Origin: an uncultured Methanosarcinales archaeon
GTDB lineage: Archaea; Nanobdellota; Nanobdellia; Woesearchaeales; JABIAG01
Length of the DNA stretch: 64,000 nucleotides
Assembly (NCBI GenBank): GCA_964544335.1
Contig: CAZJAJ010000001.1
Coordinates: forward strand, 29,199 to 93,198
Direction of reading: 5' to 3'
Part shown: one piece after another, positions 1 to 9,648 of the stretch
Layout of the letters: each line of letters starts with the position of its first letter
How positions within the stretch are numbered: position 1 is the first letter of the stretch
Translations under genes and position numbers: made by a program
Notes under the pieces: generated by a model
Seen by the model: the letters and a program-made list of their open reading frames with translations, nothing else
Database searches by the model: none
What the model was told of the DNA's origin: nothing

Positions 1-3
1 CTA

Positions 4-219
4 GTGCGAAAAGTTGATTCTTTAGAAAGGCTCAAAAATTATATCACGCGATTTAATGAAATAGAAGGTATTGAACGAAAAATAGGAATTACGTCTCTCT
101 TTGTACTCAAGAAAGTACTCAAAGCATACTATACAGTAACTAATGCATTTGACTATAACCCTGTTTGGGAAGAAACACAGTCTACCAAAGGCCAGATCAT
201 AGATGCAAAAACACACTAG
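4..219 (+). CDS. hypothetical protein (possibly truncated at the window edge)
   Basis: ORF only, no recognisable motif. Confidence 0.3.
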   Translation: MRKVDSLERLKNYITRFNEIEGIERKIGITSLFVLKKVLKAYYTVTNAFDYNPVWEETQSTKGQIIDAKTH

Positions 220-257
220 AAGACAACATTTATAGACAGGAGTGACTATTATGTCTC

Positions 258-911
258 ATGCGCCGTAAACTTGAAGAAGTTGTTGAAGAAAAAATCGAGC
301 CACTACTTGATGAGGCAATGAAAAAGTTTCTTGGCGTAAGAATTTCAGAAATTAAGGGTGACATATCAGATAAAATAATGCGATCTCCTCTTCTGGGACT
401 TCCCATTGCATATCATTTACCTTACAAAGAAGCAAAAGCACAATTTAAACAGGCGTTTCTTAGGCAACTACTCAAAACACACCATGGAAATATTTCTGAA
501 GTTGCTCGAATATCTGGAACGAATAGACGGCATGTGCACAGACTGGTAAATGTTGATGAAGCAAAGAAGATTAGAAAAGAACTTCCAAAGCCGTACTATC
601 TTAAGCAGCAAGAAGTTGAACATATTATTGATGAAGTACTTGATGATTACAAAAACACCATCCATGAAGAAAAAGTAGAACAGATGTATGAAGGCATGCA
701 TGCCATATCAAAAGATATTGTAGATACCTTACCAGAAGAAGAGATGTCTCTTAAAGATGCAGAAAAAGAATTTGATGAGAAATACTTACTGCACGCATTA
801 CAGAAACATCATTTCAATACCAAGGAAACAGCAAAAGCAATTGGTCTTCGATACGAAACATTACTAAGAAAAATGAAAAAATTAGAACTTTCTAGAGAGA
901 TTAGTGAATAA
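258..911 (+). CDS. DNA-binding protein with two tandem Fis-type (HTH_8) helix-turn-helix domains
   Basis: Two copies of an NtrC/Fis-like C-terminal HTH pattern: ...FLRQLLKTHHGNISEVARISGTNRRHVHRLV and ...YLLHALQKHHFNTKETAKAIGLRYETLLRKMKKL. Confidence 0.5.
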   Translation: MRRKLEEVVEEKIEPLLDEAMKKFLGVRISEIKGDISDKIMRSPLLGLPIAYHLPYKEAKAQFKQAFLRQLLKTHHGNISEVARISGTNRRHVHRLVNVDEAKKIRKELPKPYYLKQQEVEHIIDEVLDDYKNTIHEEKVEQMYEGMHAISKDIVDTLPEEEMSLKDAEKEFDEKYLLHALQKHHFNTKETAKAIGLRYETLLRKMKKLELSREISE

Positions 912-1126
912 AATCCTCAAATGCCCATTCCCATTCAAGATCGTCTTCCCACGTTTCCGATTCTTCCATACCTGCCCGTTCGTGCATCCCATATTAAAAG
1001 ACTTAGTATATAGAGCATTTGACCTTCATCTTCTCAAATGACAAAAATGTCTCAATTCTAGCTACCACAGTCTACAACCATATATAAACTCTGCAACCAG
1101 TATAGACGAGAAAGGACATATTTAAC

Positions 1127-1939
1127 ATGTATATGAATCAACCACAAACCTATGCAGGAAGCACGCAAATGCACTACAGCGTAGCTGTGCAACCAAGCAT
1201 GCACACACCTCACTATCATTTCTCCACCATGCCTGCCCAGGAAACATATCATTTAGAAGGACAAATGCACTTCTCAAGCACACAAGCATATACAAAGCAA
1301 CATGCACTATCTAATCAATACGATCTCTATATCGCTCAACCTACAGCAGTCTTTTCTCCTGAAACATTTATAACGCAACCAACGAGGTTTATTGGATCTG
1401 CTGCAGAAATTGAAGAATATGTCAAAGAAGCATTCCTACACACTACAGGAAAAGCACTTCCAGATAACATTGAAATTACGCTGTGCACTAAAGAAGAGCT
1501 CAAAGAAGCAAATGCACGTTGGGGTGGCACATGGAGCGAGGGTATTCAAGGGTTTTGTATTAACAAACACGGGAAAGGCATTTCACATGTCTTTGTTAAA
1601 ACAGGTGAGCTTGCAAATGTGATGCTTACCGTAGGTCACGAGCTAGGTCACGTGCAATCGCCTGCTCTTAAAAATCATGCTGATGAGGAAGCAAAAGCAT
1701 TTGCATTTAGTATGGCGTTTATGAACGCTATTCGAAAAAAGGATATTGCAGGATTAAAAGAGGTGTTTGTAGAGCATCTTCCTGCACACAATGGCATCCA
1801 TGATGTGGGGTATGTGTATGTAGCAAATAAAGTACGATTTGGAGAAGATCCGTTTGATGTATTTAGAACATTAGTAGAGCAAAGTTTAAATACACAGCAA
1901 ATAGGAAGTCTCTATGGTCTACTACAACGCTATGGATAA
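1127..1939 (+). CDS. putative zinc metalloprotease-like protein (HExxH) with a Q/H/Y/T-rich low-complexity N-terminus
   Basis: VGHELGHV motif; N-terminal low-complexity region. Confidence 0.45.
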   Translation: MYMNQPQTYAGSTQMHYSVAVQPSMHTPHYHFSTMPAQETYHLEGQMHFSSTQAYTKQHALSNQYDLYIAQPTAVFSPETFITQPTRFIGSAAEIEEYVKEAFLHTTGKALPDNIEITLCTKEELKEANARWGGTWSEGIQGFCINKHGKGISHVFVKTGELANVMLTVGHELGHVQSPALKNHADEEAKAFAFSMAFMNAIRKKDIAGLKEVFVEHLPAHNGIHDVGYVYVANKVRFGEDPFDVFRTLVEQSLNTQQIGSLYGLLQRYG

Positions 1940-3680
1940 AGAAGAACATGGCATAGGCCTTGATGCACAAGACATCGGGGTAACCACAAATCCGTTTGCA
2001 GACCAACTGCAAGAGCTTCAGGCAAAAATTCGAGGCGGATTTTCTAAGTTAGAATTAGGGTTTGGTGGCGCAGGAAAGGGAAGTGGACAAAATCTTACAC
2101 CAGGTTCATATGGTACTAAACAACGATCTGCCATTAGAGAACTTGCAAAAGTCAATGATATTGAACTGACCACACACGCAAGTTTTAGTATTCCAGGCGT
2201 TTCTGGACTTACACAACAAGGGTATAACGATAGAGCGCAAAAAGCTGCAGTTGATGAAATTAAACGAGCAATTGATTTTGCAGCAGATACTGCTGGAGGT
2301 GGTGCTGTTGTGTTTCACCTTGGGGAACATGCAAGACCAGTTATGGAAGCAGGCATGAGCGAGGAAGAAATCATTAAGCAACGTCTTGAAATACAAAAGA
2401 AAGGGGATGAATACAAACCACAATTCCTTGATTCGAGCCAACAAAGAAATCGAGGACATTTTGGTGTTGTCGATACGCGAACAAATAAAGTAGTAGAAGG
2501 ACCTATTGATACCACACAAGTGTTCTATGAACCTGTTCTTGAAGATGGTGCTGTAAAAACCTACAATGGCGGTGAAACAAAACCAGATGGTTCTATTGCA
2601 GAGCGAGGTGATCCAGTTACTCGAGCATATACATGGGATACGATTGTTGCTGAAACTGAAGAACATAATAGACGAATTAAACAACAAGGCGCAGACAGAG
2701 ATGAACGGTTTCTAAATACAAAATATAAAGATAAACAAATTACTCCAAGTGAGTATTTTAGACTCAAACAAATCAATGATCAAATTTTCCAACTCCGAGG
2801 TCAGGAAGCATACTACAGACAATTCTCAAGACAAGGAGGAAGTGCAAGGGATAAGCAATACTATCTACAAGGCATTGCTCAGGTAGAGGGTCAAATTGCA
2901 GAAGCAAAAGCAGCCCGTGATAGTTTAATGAGCATTAGGGAATTTGCAAATAAAGAAGCGGCAAAATCTATTGCAGAACTTGGCATGCACGCAATAAAAG
3001 AACAACAACGTGCAGAAAGAGAACAAGGACACAAATTCAAGAAAGACTTGTATGTAGCACCAGAAAATGTATTTCCTGAACAATATGGTGGGCATCCTGA
3101 AGAGATGAAACAGATAATCAAAGAGGGAAGGGAAGAACTTGCTCGCCGATTAAAAGCAGAAAAAGATATGTCCTGGGAAGATGCAAAAAAAGAAGCAAAT
3201 AATAGAATCAAGGGAACATTTGATATTGCACACTTTAATTTATTCAAAAAATATCACACCGGAACAAAAGAAGAATATGATAAATGGTATTGGGAGCAAA
3301 TTAAAAACGTAAAACAAGAAGAGACGCTTGGACACATTCACATTTCTGATAACCTTGGGTATAATGATGAACACTTAACACCTGGAGAAGGTTCGCTTCC
3401 CGTAAAAGAACTGGTTGAAGAATTCAAGAAAGGAGACGTTGACTTTGTTGTAGAAACAGGACGTCAAGGTGAAGAATCTTACATTGGTGCATTTAGAGAA
3501 TTTGGAACACCCGTTCATGGACTTTCCAGACCAAATAAAGCCGATCCTTGGAACGTTATTGAACACTCATATTTTGGAAGAACTGCATCACCATACTTTG
3601 TTGTAGGCGAGTATGCGTCGCGACTGGGCATGGGATCGCAAGAGTCATTTAGAACATGGCACGGCGGACCTATGGAATAG
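1914..3680 (+). CDS. xylose-isomerase-like TIM-barrel (AP endonuclease family 2 / sugar-phosphate isomerase fold) protein with a ~300-aa charged helical insertion
   Basis: N-terminal half ...AVVFHLGEH...; C-terminal half HIHISDNLGYNDEHLTPGEG...VVETG, typical of the C-terminal metal-binding strands of this fold. The likely true start is the internal MDKEEHG at about 1932. Confidence 0.5.
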   Translation: MVYYNAMDKEEHGIGLDAQDIGVTTNPFADQLQELQAKIRGGFSKLELGFGGAGKGSGQNLTPGSYGTKQRSAIRELAKVNDIELTTHASFSIPGVSGLTQQGYNDRAQKAAVDEIKRAIDFAADTAGGGAVVFHLGEHARPVMEAGMSEEEIIKQRLEIQKKGDEYKPQFLDSSQQRNRGHFGVVDTRTNKVVEGPIDTTQVFYEPVLEDGAVKTYNGGETKPDGSIAERGDPVTRAYTWDTIVAETEEHNRRIKQQGADRDERFLNTKYKDKQITPSEYFRLKQINDQIFQLRGQEAYYRQFSRQGGSARDKQYYLQGIAQVEGQIAEAKAARDSLMSIREFANKEAAKSIAELGMHAIKEQQRAEREQGHKFKKDLYVAPENVFPEQYGGHPEEMKQIIKEGREELARRLKAEKDMSWEDAKKEANNRIKGTFDIAHFNLFKKYHTGTKEEYDKWYWEQIKNVKQEETLGHIHISDNLGYNDEHLTPGEGSLPVKELVEEFKKGDVDFVVETGRQGEESYIGAFREFGTPVHGLSRPNKADPWNVIEHSYFGRTASPYFVVGEYASRLGMGSQESFRTWHGGPME

Positions 3681-3681
3681 G

Positions 3682-4194
3682 TTATATATGATACTCTCTT
3701 CCGGGAACATCATTGTGTTCTTCAAAACCAAATCGATTCTTTTTCTTCTCTTCTTTATGATGTACGTCTGAGTGGTACGGTCTGTTTTCAGGTTGTTGTT
3801 GATACGAATCTTGTGAGGACGAATCAGATGTTTGGTATGCTCTGGTTTCAGGTGCGTTTTGACTACTACCATACAATTGTTGATGCGTTGAACTTTGATA
3901 GAATTCATCAACAGCAGTTGAATCAGAAGGACGATCAAGCTCAATATCTGAAACAATCTCTTCTATACTTTCTGTTGATGCCTCTTCCACAGTTGCATCC
4001 TCCGTGGTTTCTTTTTTTGTAGGTTTTTCTTCTTTAAGTCTGTGAGATATATCCTCTAATTCTTTTTGCTCTAGTTCTTTTTCAGCAGATGCGATATGAA
4101 TAAGTAATTCAGGATCTTCTTCTTGTTCATAGAGCTCGCGAAGTTTTTTTAATCGCTCCTTAAGAGGAAGTTTAAGTATCTTTTTTAGATCCAT
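3682..4194 (-). CDS. hypothetical acidic low-complexity protein
   Basis: ORF; E/D/S/Q-rich. Confidence 0.35.
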   Translation of the reverse strand: MDLKKILKLPLKERLKKLRELYEQEEDPELLIHIASAEKELEQKELEDISHRLKEEKPTKKETTEDATVEEASTESIEEIVSDIELDRPSDSTAVDEFYQSSTHQQLYGSSQNAPETRAYQTSDSSSQDSYQQQPENRPYHSDVHHKEEKKKNRFGFEEHNDVPGREYHI

Positions 4195-4233
4195 AAGAGA
4201 AGATACACTATTTTACTTTTAAAATAAACGTAT

Positions 4234-5856
4234 TTACCAAGAAATATGCCCATGAGATTTTTTATAGAATCGCGAGAGCAAATAACATTTTTGCATGGAG
4301 TGTTTCTTTGCTTTTGCAAAATCTCCTTTATTTGGCCCTCTTGTCTTAGGTGTAGAAGCAACACGAAATTTAAATGGTTCAACAAAGAGACCAAATCCTT
4401 TTACCACTTCTGTAAATGGACTAAGCACAGAATCATTACTTACTTTTTTTTGCATATCTTGTTGCTTGATCTTCACCACTTTCCCTGTTCGCTTATCTAT
4501 TTTGTATTTTGGTCCAGTGTAGCCAGGAACAACTGGATCAGGTTCATCTTCTTTTTCATCAAGATAGTGCATAATGTCAGCTTTCATAGAATCCATAGCC
4601 TCATGTATACCCATATCAATATCCTTGAGTAATTCCATGTCCTCTTCTTCTTTCATTTTAACATAGTTTTCAATTTGTTCTTTTGTCCATGCATACGACT
4701 TAAGATTCATTTCAAGTTTTCCCATCATTACGGATCGTCGCTCTTGCGAATTTGGAACGTACTCCATGTGCGGAAATGTTCTAAAACTAAAATTAACCAG
4801 CACCACAGAGTTTGCTGTGCCAATAGGACGTACTCCAAGATATTCTATTTCAATAAGTTGATTTTCAAATGCAGAAACAAGTTCTGGGCTTTTTGAAAGA
4901 CTGCTGTTTGGCGTGAGTGTTTTGATATTTTTCAAATAAGGTTTTACCCACTGCATATAGAGTTTAATATTATTGTAATGTTGTTTAAGATAGCTTTTAT
5001 ACAGCTTTCTATACGTCTTTAGTTGGTCATATGTTCTAAATTTCCAACTGTAATACTCAGATAATTTTCGCTCCAAGACATCTTTGAATGTTTTGTTTCC
5101 AAATTTTTGCTTTTGCATAAATGGATGAATGTTCTTTTTTACTTCCTCAAGCGTTTTACCAGGTACTCGTGTTTGAAAAAAGAGTGATGGTAGTGTAACA
5201 AAGTTAAAATTCTGCGCCATACCAAAAATACTTGCCGGATTTTTTGGTCCTCCTTCAACAAGATCTGCATATTGTCCTTTAAGTACAATTTCTCCATCTT
5301 GGGCAGTGTTTGGATCATCGCCAAAAGTTTGTTTATAATATCCTAATTTTTCATCAACAATGTTAAGATCACGAATAAGTTGGAACATAGTTTTAGTCAT
5401 CTCAGCAATAAAACGAAGATATTGTGCTGCTCGATCCTGTTGAATTGATAGACGTTGTGCAGAAACACCCCAGTACGTACTTAATTCAGATGCTGAAAAC
5501 ACATCAGATATCTTGATCATGTCTTTTGCGTTAAATCCATGATCGTGCATCATTTGGCCAAGGATCCAGTAATAACTCTCCTCAACACTGAGTTGATAAT
5601 TTTGATGCACTAAACGATAATTTCTGAGTGACTTAGGATACCCACTAAATTCTGGCTTATATCCTGCATTATTAAAATCAGATTGAAAATGCATGAACTC
5701 AGGATCACTAAAATCCTTTGCGTCAAAGACAAATGACTCGTCTTTTCGTAGCTTTTTTCTCTCTTGCACACTCATGTGACCAAATTTAGCCTTTCCTGCT
5801 GAGTTCAAGAAGCCATAATCAAAGAGGAGCTCGTGCGTAACCATGGGTATTTTCAA
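4234..5856 (-). CDS. large hypothetical protein (540 aa), no recognised domain
   Basis: Long uninterrupted ORF with coding-like composition. Confidence 0.4.
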   Translation of the reverse strand: MKIPMVTHELLFDYGFLNSAGKAKFGHMSVQERKKLRKDESFVFDAKDFSDPEFMHFQSDFNNAGYKPEFSGYPKSLRNYRLVHQNYQLSVEESYYWILGQMMHDHGFNAKDMIKISDVFSASELSTYWGVSAQRLSIQQDRAAQYLRFIAEMTKTMFQLIRDLNIVDEKLGYYKQTFGDDPNTAQDGEIVLKGQYADLVEGGPKNPASIFGMAQNFNFVTLPSLFFQTRVPGKTLEEVKKNIHPFMQKQKFGNKTFKDVLERKLSEYYSWKFRTYDQLKTYRKLYKSYLKQHYNNIKLYMQWVKPYLKNIKTLTPNSSLSKSPELVSAFENQLIEIEYLGVRPIGTANSVVLVNFSFRTFPHMEYVPNSQERRSVMMGKLEMNLKSYAWTKEQIENYVKMKEEEDMELLKDIDMGIHEAMDSMKADIMHYLDEKEDEPDPVVPGYTGPKYKIDKRTGKVVKIKQQDMQKKVSNDSVLSPFTEVVKGFGLFVEPFKFRVASTPKTRGPNKGDFAKAKKHSMQKCYLLSRFYKKSHGHISW

Positions 5857-5895
5857 AATGTTGTGCTATTTATATGTTGTGATAGAAAAAAGAGA

Positions 5896-6174
5896 CTATT
5901 TGCTCTTTTTTTCTTCATCTTCTTTTTTCTTATGAGCCAATTTACCTACCTGAATGGTTGCAATGACTGCAATAAGCGTTACAAGAATTGCATATACCCA
6001 AGGGCCAGTCTCAGAGAGTGAGCAGAGTGGTCCTGCATTCTCAACGCCGCATGGACCTTCAAAAAGTGATTTTATTGCATCATTCCACGCAAGTGCGGCC
6101 ACAAGACCAAATGCCGCAGTTATGAGTGCTGCTAATTTATCTTCAACTTCTGCTTTAACACGAGATACTTTCAT
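5896..6174 (-). CDS. small membrane protein
   Basis: Two hydrophobic helices; K/E-rich C-terminus. Confidence 0.35.
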   Translation of the reverse strand: MKVSRVKAEVEDKLAALITAAFGLVAALAWNDAIKSLFEGPCGVENAGPLCSLSETGPWVYAILVTLIAVIATIQVGKLAHKKKEDEEKKSK

Positions 6175-6254
6175 GCGTTTTTGTTAAAAAAAGAGGTATT
6201 TAAATCTTATGTCTGCACAGAAGATATATAAATCACAAAGAAACACACTACACC

Positions 6255-6599
6255 ATGAGTATGAAACAAACCATCATTATGCGAGCAGATCTTAAGCTTC
6301 CTAAAGGAAAAGCAGCAGCACAGGCAGCGCACGCTTCAGTTGAGGCAACCCTTCGAAGTGATAAAGCAGAGGTAAAAGAGTGGCGATCTGAAGGAATGGC
6401 TAAAATTGTCCTTAAAGTAGCAGATGAGAAGGAGCTGCTTAAATATAATCAACTCGCAAAAGACGCAGGTCTTGTTACTGCTGTCATTACCGATGCAGGA
6501 CACACCGTTGTTGCACCTGGCACGAGAACATGCATGGCAGTTGGTCCTGCAGATGAAGAGAAATTGGATGCATTATTTGGTGAGTTGAAACTGTTGTAA
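6255..6599 (+). CDS. pth2: peptidyl-tRNA hydrolase, archaeal/eukaryotic PTH2 type
   Basis: IIMRADLKLPKGKAAAQAAHASV matches the PTH2 signature (RtDL..gKGKiaAQc.HA). Confidence 0.85.
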   Translation: MSMKQTIIMRADLKLPKGKAAAQAAHASVEATLRSDKAEVKEWRSEGMAKIVLKVADEKELLKYNQLAKDAGLVTAVITDAGHTVVAPGTRTCMAVGPADEEKLDALFGELKLL

Positions 6600-6624
6600 A
6601 GAAAATTCTAAAAAAATAAATCTT

Positions 6625-6894
6625 TTATTCTGTGTGATTATTTTCCATGTGATCATCTTCCATATGGTTCTCTTCCATGTGTTCTTCATCATGGTCATCT
6701 TCCATAGCATGATCTTCATCTGAATGGTTGTCATCCATATGATCACCTTCCATGTGTTCATCATGATCTTCTGCTGCATGGTCACTTATACCATCACCGT
6801 CATGATCATGATTATCAACAAGATCAGTACTACATCCCACTACAAACAATAAAGAAAGTAGCATACCTAACAATAATAACATATATTTTTTCAT
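6625..6894 (-). CDS. His/Asp/Glu-rich secreted lipoprotein, putative metal-binding (zinc) protein
   Basis: Lipobox LLFVVGCST, then repeated H-D/E motifs (EDHDEHMEGDHMDDNHSDEDH...); directly adjacent to a ZIP transporter. Confidence 0.6.
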   Translation of the reverse strand: MKKYMLLLLGMLLSLLFVVGCSTDLVDNHDHDGDGISDHAAEDHDEHMEGDHMDDNHSDEDHAMEDDHDEEHMEENHMEDDHMENNHTE

Positions 6895-6903
6895 TTTTTC
6901 CCC

Positions 6904-7806
6904 CTAATGACTATGCCCAGGTGCATAGATGGTAAGTGCGATAATAATTCCAACACCAAGAAGTATTGCAAATACATGTAATACGGTATCTTTAACTCCA
7001 TGGTGTCTGTGCAGTTGTGGGACTAAACTAGATGCTGCGATATACAGAAAATTTCCAGCAGCAATTGCAAGTATTATTCCTGTTGCACCACTAATTTTTT
7101 CAATAAGCACATACCCCACAATTACCCCCAATATTGCAAAGAGTGCTGAAAAGAAATTGAAGATTAATGCCTTTGTTTTAGAAAGTCCTGCATAGAGTAA
7201 AATGCCAAAGTCTGCTACTTCCATTGGTATCTCGTGAAGTACAATTGAAATAGTGGCTCCAATACCAAGTGGGACGCTCACTGCATAACTTCCTGCAATA
7301 ACTAGTCCATCAATAAAATTATGAAACCCTTCACCTAGAAGATTAAGTGGTGCCAGGTGGTATGCGTGACCATGAACATGGCATTCAACATCATGATCGT
7401 GATCATGGTCGTGGTGATGAATTTCTTTGTCATGATGATGGTGATGCGAATGTACAAATTTTTCAACAATAAACATCAATAAGAATCCTCCAATGATGTA
7501 AAGCACGGTCCCAATAGTGTAAGAATGTGCAAGTAATTCAGGAACAAAATCTATAAAAACAATGGATAAGAGTACACCTACAGAAAGGCTCAGTAAGAAA
7601 AGAAGCAAACGTTCTGAAATTTTCTTTTTAAGAAGCAGTGGAACTATAGCAACCACTGATACTAATGATACAATAATTGCACTACTGATTGATAATATAA
7701 GTGTCATGCATTCATGAGATGGGATATCTTTATAAAGTTTAATGATTCTCATTCTCAATAAGAATGAAAACACGACAGACACGGCAAAAAGAGATACTTC
7801 AAGCAA
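6904..7806 (-). CDS. zupT: ZIP family metal (zinc) transporter, ZupT-like
   Basis: HNFIDGLVIA and HEIPMEVADFGILL motifs; His-rich loop HHHHHDKEIHHHDHDHDHD; multiple TM segments. The likely true start is the internal MTLILS at about 7707. Confidence 0.85.
   Translation of the reverse strand: MLEVSLFAVSVVFSFLLRMRIIKLYKDIPSHECMTLILSISSAIIVSLVSVVAIVPLLLKKKISERLLLFLLSLSVGVLLSIVFIDFVPELLAHSYTIGTVLYIIGGFLLMFIVEKFVHSHHHHHDKEIHHHDHDHDHDVECHVHGHAYHLAPLNLLGEGFHNFIDGLVIAGSYAVSVPLGIGATISIVLHEIPMEVADFGILLYAGLSKTKALIFNFFSALFAILGVIVGYVLIEKISGATGIILAIAAGNFLYIAASSLVPQLHRHHGVKDTVLHVFAILLGVGIIIALTIYAPGHSH
7749..7767. promoter_or_regulatory. candidate Zur/Fur operator (perfect 7-5-7 inverted repeat TCATTCT-CAATA-AGAATGA)
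   Basis: Perfect palindrome in the divergent region between the ZIP transporter and the Fur-family regulator; overlaps the regulator ATG. Embedded in AATGATTCTCATT, resembling the Fur box half-site GATAATGATAATCATTATC. Confidence 0.5.
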
Positions 7807-8120
7807 TCATTGACAAACAAACACACTTTTTTGGTGCAGAAGATATTTATGAGAAGGCAAAGAACGATCAAATAAGTCTTGCAACCATTTATCGTTTTCT
7901 CAAAGAGCAAGAAAAGAATAATGAGCTCTATATGTACCGATGCGAAGGAAGAAGCATTTATAGTAAGCACAAGAAGAGTCACTGCCATTTCATATGTGAA
8001 GAAACAGGCAAAGTAATACACTTTGATATAGATTCACTTGATTTTCTTAAAAATAAAATTCCTGGAGACATTAATAGTTTTCACATTGAAGTAAGAGGAA
8101 TATGTAAGAAGTGTAAATAA
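7764..8120 (+). CDS. zur: Fur family transcriptional regulator (probably Zur)
   Basis: N-terminal wHTH ...ISLATIYRFLKEQEKN...; C-terminal HCHFICEETGKVIHF and CKKCK metal sites. Confidence 0.8.
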   Translation: MKTRQTRQKEILQAIIDKQTHFFGAEDIYEKAKNDQISLATIYRFLKEQEKNNELYMYRCEGRSIYSKHKKSHCHFICEETGKVIHFDIDSLDFLKNKIPGDINSFHIEVRGICKKCK

Positions 8121-8131
8121 TGTATAAATAG

Positions 8132-8548
8132 CTACGCTTTCTTTTCTACACTTTTTTCAGAATATCTGGTTATTTTCTTTGCAATACCACATCGCGGACT
8201 ATCAAGTGCATATTTTACCGTGTTACCAATGAGTTTGCCAGATCTGCCAACAAGACCATTAAGCTCTTTAGTTGCAGTTTTTCTATCCATACTGCCTAAA
8301 AAAGACTTCAGAAATCGAACCGTTACGGGTTTTTTATCTTTCAGAAAATTTTTGATATCAAGTGCAATATTATCACTAATGCCTTGTTTTCCTATTTGAA
8401 CAATAACTGGCTTTTCCATGCATACTTGTAAATAGGCAGAGTATATAAAGGTGCCTTTTATAGCATCATTAACGATACGTACCAGTTGGAAGCAGACGAA
8501 TAATTTCATCGACATCTGCATCAAACTTTTTTGCAAGTTTTTTTGCAA
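8132..8548 (-). CDS. YhbY/CRS1 (CRM domain) RNA-binding protein
   Basis: VIVQIGKQGISDNIALDIKNFLKDKKPVTVRFL resembles the YhbY core; the likely start is the internal MEKPVIV. Confidence 0.6.
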   Translation of the reverse strand: MQKNLQKSLMQMSMKLFVCFQLVRIVNDAIKGTFIYSAYLQVCMEKPVIVQIGKQGISDNIALDIKNFLKDKKPVTVRFLKSFLGSMDRKTATKELNGLVGRSGKLIGNTVKYALDSPRCGIAKKITRYSEKSVEKKA

Positions 8549-9233
8549 TATCGCTTACTTTCTTATCCCCTTGTTTGAGTTCAATGGCATCTTTGTCATA
8601 TGCCTTTACACTAGCACATGGACCTGCCATCACCATGTCATCTTTTCTGCCCATACACACATTCACCTCATTGTCTACATACGTTGTCTTTCCACGAATC
8701 ATAAAAGATCCTTTTGATAAGTACTCACCAGAGTTTGCTTCCTTCGTTACTTGCTCTTTTGTGACATAGAATACTTTTTGTGAAGAAAGACCCATTTTCC
8801 ATGCACGAGAAAAGGTTGCGGTTGCATCAGCCACTTCACGAAGGGTTTGTTCATCTACGTCTTTTCCTTCCGTTTTAAGGACAAAAAAAGGACTTCCTGC
8901 CATATCGGTGTGGAAAATAAGATCATCTTTATCTACGTGTTTTTTAATGACAATTTCATTTGACGTAGCATCTCGCCCACCAATTACTAAGAAGCCGGTT
9001 GAAGTGTAGAACCATCTAAATTTTTCAAACCACTGCTGTTTTCGCTTTTCTTTTATTTCCTGTTTTTGTGGTTTTTTCTTTTCTAGTTTTGCAAGACGTT
9101 TTTTTGCATCCTCTACCGTTTCTGTTGCGCCAACTATTTTACGCTTAGACTTCTTTGCCTGTTCAAAATAGCGCGCAGCATTCTCTTCAAGGCTTTTGGT
9201 AAGGTCTAGAAGTATTTCCATATAGTTAATCAA
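8469..9233 (-). CDS. NFACT-R (DUF814) domain protein, Rqc2/FbpA-related
   Basis: FYTSTGFLVIGGRDATSNEIVIKKHVDKDDLIFHTDMAGSPFFVLK matches the DUF814 core; coiled-coil K/E-rich N-terminus. Confidence 0.55.
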   Translation of the reverse strand: MINYMEILLDLTKSLEENAARYFEQAKKSKRKIVGATETVEDAKKRLAKLEKKKPQKQEIKEKRKQQWFEKFRWFYTSTGFLVIGGRDATSNEIVIKKHVDKDDLIFHTDMAGSPFFVLKTEGKDVDEQTLREVADATATFSRAWKMGLSSQKVFYVTKEQVTKEANSGEYLSKGSFMIRGKTTYVDNEVNVCMGRKDDMVMAGPCASVKAYDKDAIELKQGDKKVSDIAKKLAKKFDADVDEIIRLLPTGTYR

Positions 9234-9320
9234 GTAGTGAAAGAATATAAAGGTTTTTACAGAGATACTTTATTTAGTCTAGTAATTTTTATATAAAATA
9301 ATTTGAAAAAGAATTATCCC

Positions 9321-9563
9321 CTATGTTAAAATTCCAAGACCTTGCCCTACAACCAAAACCCAATCTTTTTTAATGAAACCATGAATAGTCCATAGTGAAT
9401 ATCCAATTACTGCAATAACTATCATTATGGTAGATAAACCATCAGTTGATTTTCTTTTATGATTTTTTCTGATTTGATCAGGAAATCCAATTACCTTAGC
9501 AAGTATTCCAAATACAACAGTTAAAACTGCAATAGTGCTTGCAAATGTAATTTCATAAATCAT
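9321..9563 (-). CDS. SemiSWEET / PQ-loop family small membrane transporter
   Basis: 80 aa, 3 TM segments, PQ-loop-like motif FPDQIRKNHKRKSTDGLS. Confidence 0.55.
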   Translation of the reverse strand: MIYEITFASTIAVLTVVFGILAKVIGFPDQIRKNHKRKSTDGLSTIMIVIAVIGYSLWTIHGFIKKDWVLVVGQGLGILT

Positions 9564-9648
9564 AGTTTTTTTAATTCTTTTTAAGTTATAAATTTAACTC
9601 TTTCTAAAACACTTGAAAATAAGATAATTAATTTAATACAACTAACCC

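Noticed and set aside
1127-3680. Single frameshifted gene spanning ORFs 1127-1939 and 1914-3680
   Set aside because: The frames differ, but an internal ATG (MDKEEHG, ~1932) gives a normal 8-nt overlap. The two products have unrelated domain content.
6573-6785. Minus-strand 70-aa ORF rich in M/W/K overlapping the His-rich lipoprotein gene in another frame
   Set aside because: Mirror-frame artefact of the repetitive His/Asp codons. The lipoprotein frame has the signal peptide and a coherent repeat structure.
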